Positions 13,849 through 23,933 of a DNA stretch of 61,173 bases are shown piece by piece. Where the stretch lies: positions 1-61,173 of the IMG/VR virus record IMGVR_UViG_3300045988_099805, one strand, 5' to 3'. The notes below the pieces were generated by a model that saw nothing but the letters and a program-made list of their open reading frames with translations, did no database searches and had not been told where the DNA came from. Each line of letters starts with the position of its first letter. The first letter of the stretch is position 1. The position numbers and the translations under genes were made by a program. The DNA comes from a virus.

Positions 13849-14121
13849 ATGAAAAAAGAAGTTTATCAATGCGATAGATGTGGCACGGAATTTGATAGTT
13901 TTCCAAAAAGCATAAAAACGGTTATTTCCAAGGTTGGAACGAAAGCAGAAATTGATATGCTTATTGAAGAAACGGATAGAGACTATGTTTCTGAAAAAAA
14001 ACAATATGCAAACGGTGCTTGGGGGACTAATATAGTTTACGATACATTCAGAAAACATGTGAGATATGATTTATGCCCTAAGTGTAGGGAAGATTTTGAG
14101 AGGTTTATGAGTAATGAATAA
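13849..14121 (+). CDS. zinc-ribbon protein (90 aa)
   Basis: CDRCG ... CPKC pairs. AAGGAG RBS. Confidence 0.55.
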   Translation: MKKEVYQCDRCGTEFDSFPKSIKTVISKVGTKAEIDMLIEETDRDYVSEKKQYANGAWGTNIVYDTFRKHVRYDLCPKCREDFERFMSNE

Positions 14122-14266
14122 TATACAGGAAGCGATACAGTTTTTAAAAGATATATCATGGAAAATAGGAACTACTGGCGTTGAATATCTTTCGGAAAAA
14201 GACGGGGAAAAAATGAGAAATTGTATAAATATTCTTGAAAAAAGAATAGATGAAGTAGAAAAATAA
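14114..14266 (+). CDS. hypothetical small protein (50 aa)
   Basis: The ATG overlaps the upstream stop. Read manually. Confidence 0.4.
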   Translation: MNNIQEAIQFLKDISWKIGTTGVEYLSEKDGEKMRNCINILEKRIDEVEK

Positions 14267-14299
14267 TTTAATTGCTGATATCAGCGGAAAGGAATTATT

Positions 14300-14578
14300 A
14301 TGAAGAAGAAAATTTTATCTGTAGTATTAGGATTAACATTGTGTTTTGGAATGACTGGATGTGCGTCATGGGACAGAAAGGTAACGGACATAAAGAGTGA
14401 TGTAAATGGTGGTATGAAGAGAACAATTACTGTATATACGGCAGATGGTAAAGAGCTTGCAACATATAAAGGAAAGATTGATATTGATACAAATGATGGT
14501 GGGTATGTTAAGTTTGACTTCGATGGCAAGAGATATATTTATTTACAATTGTTTTGTAGAAAGCATTGCAGACATTGA
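14300..14578 (+). CDS. lipoprotein (92 aa)
   Basis: MKKKILSVVLGLTLCFGMTGC is a signal peptide with a lipobox Cys. AAAGGAA RBS. Confidence 0.6.
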   Translation: MKKKILSVVLGLTLCFGMTGCASWDRKVTDIKSDVNGGMKRTITVYTADGKELATYKGKIDIDTNDGGYVKFDFDGKRYIYLQLFCRKHCRH

Positions 14579-14648
14579 TTAAGTGATATTACCGGCTGCA
14601 TATTGATTGTAGTCGCTACCCTAGAAAAATTATAGGCAGAGGTATATA

Positions 14649-14683
14649 AGCACCTTTGCTGTGAAAGCGAGGTGCTTTTCTTT
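14649..14683 (+). promoter_or_regulatory. terminator-like hairpin that sequesters the terL Shine-Dalgarno
   Basis: Stem agcacct (14649-55) / aggtgct (14670-76) followed by tttctttat. The 3' arm overlaps GAGGTG, the only SD for ATG 14684. Confidence 0.45.
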
Positions 14684-16426
14684 ATGTCTGAATTAGAAAA
14701 TCTGATTTCTGATTGCGAAAAGTATATTACCAGAAATGGAATTGACGAAAACATAATCCAATGTTATATCGAGACGTGCTATGCGGCTCAAGAAGAAAAG
14801 AAAATAGGAATAATGTCAGAATGCACAAAACGGACAAAAAATATTATAAACCAGTTTTGTAAAAATCAGTTTAATTTCGATGTTTGGGAATTGGAAAAAA
14901 TTTCTCAAGAAAAGGAAATGGGATCAATAGAGCTGGTAGATCAAATCTATGAAATGCTTCTTATGGAATCTCACTATAAATTTGAGAGCTTTATGCTTTA
15001 TATGGAAAAAAACAGACCGGTGGAGGAAAGATTTTATCAAAACAGAATAAATCCATTAAGAGAAGTGACACTTTTAATACAGGATTTATACGATGATAAG
15101 TTAGATGAAGGAATGGTTTTTTGCCCTGGTCGTATAGGAAAGACACAAATTGTAAAAATGGGAAATTTATGGTTTGGTTCCAATAGACCAGAAAGAGCGA
15201 ATCTTTATTCTGCATACTCGGACAAGATAACCGGCGGTTTTTATGACGGAACAAAGGAAATGATTACAGATCCGACATACACATACAATGAAATATATCC
15301 GGATAATAAAATAGATGGATTGACTGACGGAAAAGATTTGACTATAGACATAAACAGAAAAAAGACGTATCCGACATTTACGATGCGATCAATATACGGA
15401 ACTTTGAATGGAGCGTGTGATTGTGACGGTTTAGGAATTTACGACGACCTTTTCAGCGGTATTGACGAAGCGTTGAGCGAAAATAGACAAACAACGGTAT
15501 GGGGAAAGTTTGACAATAACTTTATGCCAAGGATTAAACCGGGAAAAGCAAAGCTTATAGGCATAGGAACCAGATGGGCCCCAAAAGATGTGCAAGGAAG
15601 AAGGCTGGATTTGCTGCTTAATGATCCGGAGTATGCAGGAATAAGACACAGGGAAATAATTATTCCGGCATTAAACGAAAACGGAGAAAGTAATTTTGAC
15701 TATCCATACAATTTAGGATTTACAACATTGGATTATAAGAGAAGAATGTCTTCTTTTGAAAATAACGACGATATGGCTTCTTGGCTTGCTCAATATCAGC
15801 AGGAGCCTATAGAAAGAAAAGGACAGATTTTTAATATTGATAATATGGATTTCTATAATCCGAATGAAATCGAAGGGATTAGACCGGATAGGATATTCGC
15901 TGCAAACGATCCAGCATATGGTGGCGGAGATTTTGTTTCAATGCCAATCTGCTATGAGATTAACGGAGATCATTACATAACAGACGTTGTTTACAATGAT
16001 GGAGATAAAGAAGTTACTATACCGGAAGTCACAAGCAGAATGGAAGACCATTTGGATAAATTTAAAAACAAAACAGCAGAAGTGCATTTTGAGGAAACGA
16101 AATCAACATATGGATATCGCATGGAATGTGAAAAAATATGGAATGCTGACGGTTACCCGATCAATGTAACGCATGATCCGGCAGATAATCAGACGGCAAA
16201 AATGGATAGAATAAAAAATCACGCACCAGAAATTAGAAAATTGAAATTTATAAATCCGAAATTTCAGAAAAAAGAATATAAAAAATATTTTCAGAATGTA
16301 ATTTCATGCACTTATGAAGGGAAAATGAAGCACGATGACGGTATTGATTCTACTGCACAGCTTTGTGACATGATTTACAGTCCTAAAAAAGCAAGAAAAA
16401 CTGTAATTATACCAAGTCCAATATAG
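14684..16426 (+). CDS. terL: terminase large subunit
   Basis: 580 aa. ATPase region ...FCPGRIGKTQIV... and C-terminal nuclease region ...DPAYGGGDFVSMPICYE...; lies directly upstream of the portal gene. Confidence 0.85.
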   Translation: MSELENLISDCEKYITRNGIDENIIQCYIETCYAAQEEKKIGIMSECTKRTKNIINQFCKNQFNFDVWELEKISQEKEMGSIELVDQIYEMLLMESHYKFESFMLYMEKNRPVEERFYQNRINPLREVTLLIQDLYDDKLDEGMVFCPGRIGKTQIVKMGNLWFGSNRPERANLYSAYSDKITGGFYDGTKEMITDPTYTYNEIYPDNKIDGLTDGKDLTIDINRKKTYPTFTMRSIYGTLNGACDCDGLGIYDDLFSGIDEALSENRQTTVWGKFDNNFMPRIKPGKAKLIGIGTRWAPKDVQGRRLDLLLNDPEYAGIRHREIIIPALNENGESNFDYPYNLGFTTLDYKRRMSSFENNDDMASWLAQYQQEPIERKGQIFNIDNMDFYNPNEIEGIRPDRIFAANDPAYGGGDFVSMPICYEINGDHYITDVVYNDGDKEVTIPEVTSRMEDHLDKFKNKTAEVHFEETKSTYGYRMECEKIWNADGYPINVTHDPADNQTAKMDRIKNHAPEIRKLKFINPKFQKKEYKKYFQNVISCTYEGKMKHDDGIDSTAQLCDMIYSPKKARKTVIIPSPI

Positions 16427-16437
16427 GAGGTGTTGAG

Positions 16438-16857
16438 ATGAATAGTAAAGAATATTTACAAGAAATAAGAAAAATGAACGATGATATTAACGAAAAAAAA
16501 ATGGATTTACACGAATTAAAAATAATGTCAAAAAGCATACCTGCTATAAACAACGGAGAGAAAGTGCAGTCAAGTCCTAATTTTGATAAAATAGGGACAT
16601 TGATTGCTAAAATAGATGAATTAGAACGAGAAATTGAAAGAATGAAAGATGTGTTTGGTGATAGAAAAAATGAAGCAGTAGATTTTATAATGCTTTTAGA
16701 TAAGCCACGGGATAGGGATTTAATTTTTAGAAAATATATTTTGTTTGAAAAAAACAAAAAAATTTCTCAAGATTATGGAATAAAAGAAAGAGCTGTAAAA
16801 AAAGCACATAAAATAGCGTTGGAGAGATTAGATGAAAAAGCACAAAATATTGTATAA
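16438..16857 (+). CDS. DUF1492 / sigma-70 region-4-like transcriptional regulator
   Basis: C-terminal ...RDLIFRKYILFEKNKKISQDYGIKERAVKKAHKIALERL is an HTH typical of Firmicute-phage late regulators. Confidence 0.55.
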   Translation: MNSKEYLQEIRKMNDDINEKKMDLHELKIMSKSIPAINNGEKVQSSPNFDKIGTLIAKIDELEREIERMKDVFGDRKNEAVDFIMLLDKPRDRDLIFRKYILFEKNKKISQDYGIKERAVKKAHKIALERLDEKAQNIV

Positions 16858-16941
16858 CACTTGACAGTACACCACAATATATGGTAAACTGTATTCTGAG
16901 GAAATTGCAATAGATTGACTCATTTTTGACTCCTGTAATGC

Positions 16942-16971
16942 AAAAAGGACACCGTTTAGGTGTCCTTTTTT
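16942..16971. terminator. intrinsic terminator, probably bidirectional
   Basis: aggacacc/ggtgtcct 8-bp stem flanked by AAAAA and TTTTTT. Confidence 0.8.
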
Positions 16972-16992
16972 CGTTTGAAAAAGAGGTATTTT

Positions 16993-17190
16993 ATGGAGTA
17001 TGTAAAAAGAACGATATATTGTCCTAATTGCGGTCGTAAAGTTGGAACTTATGACGGGAGAGGGACGATGAATATTGTTTGCCGGTGCAATAAATGCGTA
17101 AAGCGTGTTATTTATTATCCGGAAACAGGAAAAAGAGAGATTAAAAAGTTGCCTGTGAGGGAAACTTCGAGCGGTATGACATTTTTTTGA
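16993..17190 (+). CDS. Com-like zinc-ribbon protein (65 aa)
   Basis: CPNCG...CRCNKC, four Cys. AAGAGG RBS. Confidence 0.4.
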   Translation: MEYVKRTIYCPNCGRKVGTYDGRGTMNIVCRCNKCVKRVIYYPETGKREIKKLPVRETSSGMTFF

Positions 17191-17211
17191 TTTAGAAGAG
17201 GTGTTTTGAGT

Positions 17212-18795
17212 ATGCAAATGGGAAGAGAAATTCTTTATACGGATTATCCGGAAATAACAAGTGAAAATGTACTTGATGTTTTGCGGGATGTTTTTGCTAA
17301 GCATACTCAAAACGCAACGAGAATGCAGTTTTTGATTGACTACGACAAGGGGAAACAACCTCTTCAAAGAAAGAAAATGACAAGAACAGACATTGATTGT
17401 CAGTGCGTAGACAATGTGGCGAACGAAGCAACGGAATTTTGGTGTGGATATTCTTTCGGGTCTCCGATGACGCTTGTTCAAAACGGTGACGGGAAAGAAG
17501 AATGGAAGTCGGGTGCTATTTCTGAATTAAATAAAAATTATGAAATGGCTAAAATAAGAACCAAAACGCAGGAATGCGGAAGATTTGTCGTTATATGTGG
17601 TATTTGCAATGTCCTTATTGATGTAAATACAGATTGGAGAGAAGGAAAAAGCTTCTTCACATATGACGTTTTAGACCCAAGAACATCATTTGTTGTTCGG
17701 TCCAGCTATTACACAGATCATAGGGTAATGCTCGGAGTTACATACCGACACGATAGGTTGACGGGAAATAACTATTTTACCTGTTGGACGAAAGACAGAA
17801 GATATGAAATTGTCAATCTGCAAGAAATATCCAATGGAGATATTACAAATCGTGAAGCGTGGCAGCATTCGGAACGAAGCGGAGAAATGAATACTCTCGG
17901 TGTTGTTCCAATGGTTGAATATTTCAGATCGTATGACCGAATGGGGGTTTTTGAAAGACAAATTTCGGAAATGGATAATCTGAATCTTATGATTTCGGAT
18001 TTTTCAAATGACGTTGATCAAAACACACAGGCTATATGGCATGGAAATGATATTGAGTTTCCGGAAATCATAATCAAAAATGAGGATGGAACAGAAACAA
18101 GAAAAATAAGCAAGCCAAAAACAAATGAATGGGTAATGACTTACACATCGGCAGATGGAAAACAGCCATTCATAAATCCGCTTAGCATTGATTATGATTA
18201 TGACGGAATGCTAAATAATATAACAACTCGGCGACAACTGATTTTGCAAAAATGCAATGTTCCGCAAAGAAATGAATCAAGCGGAGGAAGCACCGGTGTG
18301 GCAATGTCTGATGCAACAGGATGGTCACAAGCGGAAACGGCTGCTGCAAAACAGCAGATGTTGCTGGATTCTTCTAAATTAGAAGAAGTAGAAATTGTAT
18401 TAGCAGCGATTAGAGAATCTTCTTTTGTTCCTCAAGATAGTGATTTAAGAAAGCTTACTATTGCGGATGTAGAGCCAAATATTAAGCGGCAAAAAACATA
18501 TGAGATGACAACAAAAGTGAATGCTATGGCAACACTTCTCAGTCATGGAATACGCGGCGATTATGTGCTGAATGGCATTTCGTTCTTTGATGATCCTAAC
18601 GAAGTTTGGGAGGGGAGCAAAGATTTGATTGAAAAATATCAATCAAGCATTTTTGACAAAACAGAAACATCCAAAGCGGATGCTGGAGAAGGAGGAGATG
18701 GAGAAAAACAACCAGACAGCGAAAGAATAATGGGAGATTTGAGCGATCAAATTGGAAATAGCCCTATGATTGATAAAAGCAGGGTAGATAAGTAA
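17212..18795 (+). CDS. portal protein (SPP1 gp6-like)
   Basis: About 527 aa, positioned after terL. The N-terminal REILYTD...ITSENVLDVL...FLIDYDKGKQPL pattern resembles SPP1-type portals. Confidence 0.8.
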   Translation: MQMGREILYTDYPEITSENVLDVLRDVFAKHTQNATRMQFLIDYDKGKQPLQRKKMTRTDIDCQCVDNVANEATEFWCGYSFGSPMTLVQNGDGKEEWKSGAISELNKNYEMAKIRTKTQECGRFVVICGICNVLIDVNTDWREGKSFFTYDVLDPRTSFVVRSSYYTDHRVMLGVTYRHDRLTGNNYFTCWTKDRRYEIVNLQEISNGDITNREAWQHSERSGEMNTLGVVPMVEYFRSYDRMGVFERQISEMDNLNLMISDFSNDVDQNTQAIWHGNDIEFPEIIIKNEDGTETRKISKPKTNEWVMTYTSADGKQPFINPLSIDYDYDGMLNNITTRRQLILQKCNVPQRNESSGGSTGVAMSDATGWSQAETAAAKQQMLLDSSKLEEVEIVLAAIRESSFVPQDSDLRKLTIADVEPNIKRQKTYEMTTKVNAMATLLSHGIRGDYVLNGISFFDDPNEVWEGSKDLIEKYQSSIFDKTETSKADAGEGGDGEKQPDSERIMGDLSDQIGNSPMIDKSRVDK

Positions 18796-19538
18796 TGGAT
18801 ATTGCAAATGCAAAATTAAATATTTTTGATAATTTACCGCCGGTCATAAGAGACAAGGCGGTTTTTATATGTGCAGAGAAGCACGTTAAAAAACACAAGA
18901 TAGCAGAGAAGCTAATAAACACAGAAAGAAACGAGGTAATCAAAATGGAAGAGATCACAGCAACAAAAACTGAACCTAATGTACAAAGCACAAATACCGA
19001 AACCCAACAACAAAGTAAGCCGGAGCAGCAGTCGGAAGACAAAACTCCTACTGTTGAAGAGCTTATGGCTCAACTTGCTACCGAAAAAGCGAATGCAGTC
19101 AAAAATAAGCAGGCATTAGATAAAGCTTTGAGGGAAAAGGGAGAAGTCACAAAGGCTTTGAGGGCAAAGCAGACGGCAGAGGAGCAGGAAGCAGAAGCAA
19201 AAGCGGAAGCAGAAAGACAGCAGAAGGAGCAGTATGAGGAAACATTAAAAGAACTTAATCATATTAAGGCGGTTTCTGCATACAAAAACATTTCTGAAAA
19301 TGCTGTTGAAAGCTTAATTGAAGCCGTCGCTGATTGCGATCACGTTTCCATTGCACAGTTGATTGATAACGAAGTGAAGGCAGCGGTTGCTACCGCTAAA
19401 GCGGAGTGGCAGAAGTCACGACCAAGGGTAAACGCAGGAAGCTACAGCGGTCTTACAAAAGAGCAGATTATGGCAATCACAGACAGAAGTCAAAGAAGAC
19501 AAGCGATTGCCGAGAATCCAGAACTTTTTAATATTTAA
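18795..19538 (+). CDS. capsid scaffolding protein
   Basis: Sits between portal and capsid. Long E/K/A/Q coiled-coil. Its ATG overlaps the portal stop. Confidence 0.55.
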   Translation: MDIANAKLNIFDNLPPVIRDKAVFICAEKHVKKHKIAEKLINTERNEVIKMEEITATKTEPNVQSTNTETQQQSKPEQQSEDKTPTVEELMAQLATEKANAVKNKQALDKALREKGEVTKALRAKQTAEEQEAEAKAEAERQQKEQYEETLKELNHIKAVSAYKNISENAVESLIEAVADCDHVSIAQLIDNEVKAAVATAKAEWQKSRPRVNAGSYSGLTKEQIMAITDRSQRRQAIAENPELFNI

Positions 19539-19549
19539 GGAGGACTAAA

Positions 19550-20458
19550 ATGGCAGCAGAAGAGAATTTAATCAAAAAGGCAGATCTCGCAAGAGCGAGA
19601 GAAATTGAGTTTGTTGAGATGTTTGGATACTCAATTAAGAAACTCATGGAAGCGCTTGGAGTTACAAGAAAGATTCCAAAGACGGCAGGAACCGTGTTAA
19701 AGACATACAAGGCTACCGGAACACTTGAGAGCGGTACCGTTGCAGAAGGAGATCTGATTCCTCTTTCTAAGTATAAGGTAGATCCAGTGTCTTACAAGGA
19801 GATTGTCCTGAAAAAGTGGAGAAAAGCCACATCGGCAGAAGCAATTGTTGAAAGAGGATATGACCAGGCGGTTGAAATGACTACAGATGCAATGCTTCGT
19901 GATGCACAGAAAGATGTTCGTAAGGACTTCTTTGAATTTCTTAAAACGGGAACAGGCGTTGCAACCGGAGTAGGATTGCAGGCTACTCTCGCACAGGCGT
20001 GGGGACAGTTACAGGTGAAGTTTGAGGATGATGAAATTGATTCTGTTTATTTTGTTAATCCTCTTGACGCTGCAGATTATCTTTCTACAGCAGCGATTAC
20101 CACGCAGACTGCATTTGGTATGCGTTATGTAGAAGATTTCCTCGGACTTGGAACTGTTATTTTCAACAGCTCTGTTCCTAAAGGAAAGATCTATGCGACT
20201 GCAAAGCAGAACATTGTGCTGTATTACATCCCTGTTAATGGTGCTGATCTTGACAATGCGTTTGATTTTATGTCTGACGCAACCGGTCTTATCGGCATTC
20301 ATGAAGAGGCGGATTATAAGCATATGACGGCGGAGGATATCGTTATTTCTGGTCTTACTCTTTTTGCGGAGTATATTGATGGAGTTGTTGTCGGTACAAT
20401 TTCAGCAACAGCAGAAGCAAGCACAGCGGGAACAGAGACTAAAAACACTGGAGCATAA
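19550..20458 (+). CDS. major capsid protein
   Basis: 302 aa, strong GGAGGA RBS, positioned after the scaffold gene. Confidence 0.75.
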   Translation: MAAEENLIKKADLARAREIEFVEMFGYSIKKLMEALGVTRKIPKTAGTVLKTYKATGTLESGTVAEGDLIPLSKYKVDPVSYKEIVLKKWRKATSAEAIVERGYDQAVEMTTDAMLRDAQKDVRKDFFEFLKTGTGVATGVGLQATLAQAWGQLQVKFEDDEIDSVYFVNPLDAADYLSTAAITTQTAFGMRYVEDFLGLGTVIFNSSVPKGKIYATAKQNIVLYYIPVNGADLDNAFDFMSDATGLIGIHEEADYKHMTAEDIVISGLTLFAEYIDGVVVGTISATAEASTAGTETKNTGA

Positions 20459-20469
20459 GGAGTGATCTG

Positions 20470-20826
20470 ATGTATCGAGTAATACATTTCTTCACTGACT
20501 TAAAAGATAATTCACATCCCTATAACGTGGGTGATGTTTACCCACGGGAAGGGGCTGAATTTCCGACAAAAAGATACGAAGAGCTTGGAAGTAAATATAA
20601 TTTGCAAGGAAAGCCTTTGATTCAGTATGTGGATGATGAAGATTTTTCACAGTATATGAATCCACCGGAAAATGTCACTGGAGAAAAAAGCTATACAAAA
20701 ACAGAAATCAAACGTATGAGTACGGCTGATTTGAAGAAACTGGCAAAAGAACTTGATATTGAAGAGGCTGACACCTACACGGGGGCAGACCTTAAAAAGC
20801 TTTTGATCGATAAGCTTGGTTTGTAG
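20470..20826 (+). CDS. hypothetical head-associated protein with C-terminal Rho_N/SAP-like motif
   Basis: ...MSTADLKKLAKELDIEEADTYTGADLKKLLIDKLGL. Confidence 0.45.
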   Translation: MYRVIHFFTDLKDNSHPYNVGDVYPREGAEFPTKRYEELGSKYNLQGKPLIQYVDDEDFSQYMNPPENVTGEKSYTKTEIKRMSTADLKKLAKELDIEEADTYTGADLKKLLIDKLGL

Positions 20827-20837
20827 GAGGCATCCAT

Positions 20838-21218
20838 ATGACGAAATACAGCACGTTAGAGCAGGTGAAAATCCGATTAGAACAATTTCATATTGATACA
20901 GTTGATAACGGCGATGATACCACTTCTGACGTTGTTGTTTTTGACAAAAATGAGGAAAACCCTCTTATCGAACAGCTTATAGAGCAGGCAACGGAAGAAA
21001 TAAGGACATTAAGAAATTATCCGGATAGTTATACCGATGAGCGAATAGACGAAGACATGAAGAAATATCAATCAATCATTGTCAACCTTGCTGTGTATGA
21101 TTATTCGCAAGCCGGCGAATCATATATGTCTTCTTATTCCGAAAACGGCATTAGTCGTAATTGGAAGGACAGAAAAGAATTACTGGCAGGAGTTTTCCCG
21201 TTTGCTAAAGTCTTATAG
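20838..21218 (+). CDS. head-tail connector (gp6-like)
   Basis: Assigned by position, size and acidic N-terminus. GGAGG RBS. Confidence 0.45.
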   Translation: MTKYSTLEQVKIRLEQFHIDTVDNGDDTTSDVVVFDKNEENPLIEQLIEQATEEIRTLRNYPDSYTDERIDEDMKKYQSIIVNLAVYDYSQAGESYMSSYSENGISRNWKDRKELLAGVFPFAKVL

Positions 21219-21266
21219 AAGATTGTGCGTTGCGATTTTGTTTAGTCCAACAAAATGGTAGCAGGC

Positions 21267-21306
21267 GGCACGCTTTAAGGGTGGTGGGCGGCGTGCCATT
21301 TTTTAT
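21267..21306 (+). terminator. intrinsic terminator inside the morphogenesis operon
   Basis: ggcacgc ... gcgtgcc stem followed by ATTTTTTAT. Confidence 0.55.
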
Positions 21307-21320
21307 GAAAGGCGGTATAT

Positions 21321-21647
21321 ATGAATATCATACCAATTATTATAAGCGGCGTTTCGGTCGTTTTTTCCGTCTTTTTCGGCTTTTTTAGCTTGAGTTACAA
21401 TGCAAAAAACAGTAAACATACAGACACTAAGGAAATCGAAGATAGAGTAAAAGAGAATACGAGAATCAATATGAAACTTGATACAATCTTAGACACTATC
21501 AAAGAAATGAAAAATGAGCGTTCTGAGATGAAAAATGAGCTTGATGATCACGATAAAAGAATTACGGTTGTCGAAGAAAGCACCAAGCAAGCTCATCATC
21601 GTATTAACGAAATTGCGGAACGTATCAATGGTAAGGGGGCATCGTAA
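21321..21647 (+). CDS. membrane-anchored coiled-coil protein (XhlA-like lysis accessory?)
   Basis: N-terminal TM segment IIPIIISGVSVVFSVFFGFFSL followed by a coiled coil. Lies directly upstream of the holin. Confidence 0.4.
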   Translation: MNIIPIIISGVSVVFSVFFGFFSLSYNAKNSKHTDTKEIEDRVKENTRINMKLDTILDTIKEMKNERSEMKNELDDHDKRITVVEESTKQAHHRINEIAERINGKGAS

Positions 21648-21860
21648 ATGAGAGATTGGAAAGACTGGGCGAAGAAAGCAGGAATCAGAGCGGTAAAGAC
21701 AGTTGCACAAACGGCAATCGGTGTAATCGGTTCAAGTATGGTTCTTAGTGCGGTAGATTGGAAAGTAGTAGTATCGGCTTCTGTTCTTGCCGGACTGGTA
21801 TCTTTGCTGACAAGCGTTGCCGGACTCCCGGAGGAAGATGCAAATGAGCTTAAAGGCTAA
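21648..21860 (+). CDS. holin (LL-H family-like)
   Basis: 70 aa. ...RAVKTVAQTAIGVIG... plus a second TM segment and C-terminal ...SVAGLPEE. Confidence 0.6.
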   Translation: MRDWKDWAKKAGIRAVKTVAQTAIGVIGSSMVLSAVDWKVVVSASVLAGLVSLLTSVAGLPEEDANELKG

Positions 21861-22269
21861 CAAACAGAAAATGAAATATTCCCGTTCCGGTCAGAAAATA
21901 ACCATTTATGAGACGGATGATGACGGAAATCGTAAATTTTACGAAACGTCAGACGGCGAAAAAATCTACTACACAAAAAAAGTGGATGGATTTTCAGATC
22001 CGGTATCGTTTATGGCGAATATTAGCAATAAGCTGTCAGAGGTTCTTGTCAAAGAGTTTGGAATTGATGATAGCACATCTTACTGCCAGATCACGACAGA
22101 CAAGGGTTATTTGCCGATAAAGTCCGGCGATTATATTTGGAAAAAATCTGATGTGGAGCATACGAAAGAAGGTCTTGTTGATATCTTAACTGCTGACTAC
22201 ATCGTCAAAGGTGTGGCTGACGAAGGATTGACAGTAGACCTTTTTCTTTTGCAGAAAACAACAAAGTAG
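21844..22269 (+). CDS. putative head-tail adaptor / head closure protein
   Basis: Assigned by position. ATG 21844 lies 9 nt after GGAGGA and overlaps the end of the holin gene. Confidence 0.35.
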   Translation: MSLKANKQKMKYSRSGQKITIYETDDDGNRKFYETSDGEKIYYTKKVDGFSDPVSFMANISNKLSEVLVKEFGIDDSTSYCQITTDKGYLPIKSGDYIWKKSDVEHTKEGLVDILTADYIVKGVADEGLTVDLFLLQKTTK

Positions 22270-22278
22270 GCGGTTTTT

Positions 22279-22803
22279 ATGAAGGTAAAAATGGGGTTGT
22301 CGCAGAAATCTATTCAAAAAGCGATAAAGCAGATTGAAAAATATAAATCTGATATCAATAGAAAATGCGAAGAGTATGTTGACCGGTTAGCAAAAATTGG
22401 AGAGCAAGTAGCGATACAAGCAATCAATGAAAGCCCCATCGGGAATCAAATAACTCTTAGCATAGACAGAGAACCGTCTAAAATGGGCTGTAAAGCCGTT
22501 TTGATTGCTACGGGTAAAGTACATGGGGTAAAAGACAGAGATCCGTTCTACACGGTTTTAGCGGTGGAATTTGGTGCCGGTATCCATTACAACCCGGAGC
22601 CTAACCCGAAAGCAAACGATATGGGATATGGTGTCGGAACATATCCGGGGCAAATACACGCCTTTGAAGATGGATGGTATTACCTCGGCGAGGATAATAA
22701 GTGGCACTACTCAAAAGGTATTAAATCAACAATGCCTATTTATAAGGCTAGTATGGAGATTATTTCGCAATATGAAAAGATTTTCAAGGAGGTGTTTAGC
22801 TGA
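22279..22803 (+). CDS. HK97 gp10-like head-tail joining protein
   Basis: Position, plus ...LAVEFGAG... motif region. Confidence 0.4.
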   Translation: MKVKMGLSQKSIQKAIKQIEKYKSDINRKCEEYVDRLAKIGEQVAIQAINESPIGNQITLSIDREPSKMGCKAVLIATGKVHGVKDRDPFYTVLAVEFGAGIHYNPEPNPKANDMGYGVGTYPGQIHAFEDGWYYLGEDNKWHYSKGIKSTMPIYKASMEIISQYEKIFKEVFS

Positions 22804-23216
22804 TGGTGGATAACAGTTGGGCGTTTGAACTTGGAAACACGATTTTTTATGTTGTGAAATCCAGAGCAGAGCCTATTTTGCAAAAGAAATTCCCGGATGT
22901 GTATATCACGGATGAAGGAGAAACGAATCAGAAACCTATTTTTCCAACGGTTTACATTCACGAACTGTCGGGATTGGAACAGGGACAAACGCTTGACGGT
23001 CAAACCGTTAATGCAGTTTTGGAAACTATACAAGTCGATATTTCTTCAAATACAAGCGGTTCAGATGTTCGATTGGTAACGGCAACCGTAGCGAATGTTT
23101 TTAAGGAATTGAGATTTGACGTTGTTGGTATGCCGATTTATGGAAAGTCTGACGGCATATATACATGCACGATGCGTTTCAGGCGTTTATATGGTGCAAA
23201 CGACAAGATTTTGTAA
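22803..23216 (+). CDS. tail completion / tail terminator-like protein
   Basis: Position only; its ATG overlaps the upstream stop. Confidence 0.35.
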   Translation: MVDNSWAFELGNTIFYVVKSRAEPILQKKFPDVYITDEGETNQKPIFPTVYIHELSGLEQGQTLDGQTVNAVLETIQVDISSNTSGSDVRLVTATVANVFKELRFDVVGMPIYGKSDGIYTCTMRFRRLYGANDKIL

Positions 23217-23284
23217 CTATGTACCGGGCATTTATTGAAATGTTCGCTGACCGCAATAATTAGCGGTAGAAAGAGAGGTAAATA

Positions 23285-23785
23285 ATGGCAGATAATACAT
23301 CTTATGTGGCTGGTGTTAGTACCAACGGCACCACTCTGTCTTATGGAATTGAAACGGTGGCTGGTCAAAAACCCACTAAATTTACGTTGCTTCACAGAAT
23401 TAACTCCATTGACGAAGTGACGGTTGAGCCGGAAGCTATTGACTCTTCTGCACTGGAAGATAAGCAGACGAGAAATATTGCCGGTAGAGATACCGTAACG
23501 GAAAATTACGTTGTTACGGTAAACAAAACAGACCAAACGGTCAAAGAATGGACTGATCTGATCAGTGAAGCACAGACGGCTAAAGCAGCAGGTAAAAGAG
23601 TTTGGTTTCAAGAAATTACAGAGGGTCTTACAAATGCGGAGTTTATCGTTGCGTCTCCTCCTGCTAGAATCCCAAAGACTGCAAAAGAGCAGAACGGACT
23701 TCTTACAATGCAGATGAATTGTATCACAGACGAGCTTAAGGGAGAGGATGCGGCTGTAACTCCTACCGAGCACTCGGGGGAATAA
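23285..23785 (+). CDS. major tail protein
   Basis: 166 aa, GAGAGG RBS, immediately upstream of the chaperone pair and the tape measure. Confidence 0.6.
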   Translation: MADNTSYVAGVSTNGTTLSYGIETVAGQKPTKFTLLHRINSIDEVTVEPEAIDSSALEDKQTRNIAGRDTVTENYVVTVNKTDQTVKEWTDLISEAQTAKAAGKRVWFQEITEGLTNAEFIVASPPARIPKTAKEQNGLLTMQMNCITDELKGEDAAVTPTEHSGE

Positions 23786-23933
23786 ATAGCCAGTCTGAAA
23801 CAAGTAGTGAAAAGGCTGTGGCTGGCTATGACGAATCAGCCGTAGATGATACAGAGCTTAATAATTAGTTTATAAGGGGCGGTTTTCGGACTGCCCCTTT
23901 CCCTTATAAAAAGGGAGGGAAAGGATAGGTAAA

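Noticed and set aside
14096-14108. 13-nt identity (ttgagaggtttat) between the mini-CRISPR spacer (4813-4825) and the phage's own gene 13849..14121
   Set aside because: Only 13 of 32 nt match, with immediate divergence on both sides. This is within chance expectation for an AT-rich 61-kb genome searched on both strands, so it is not a self-targeting protospacer.
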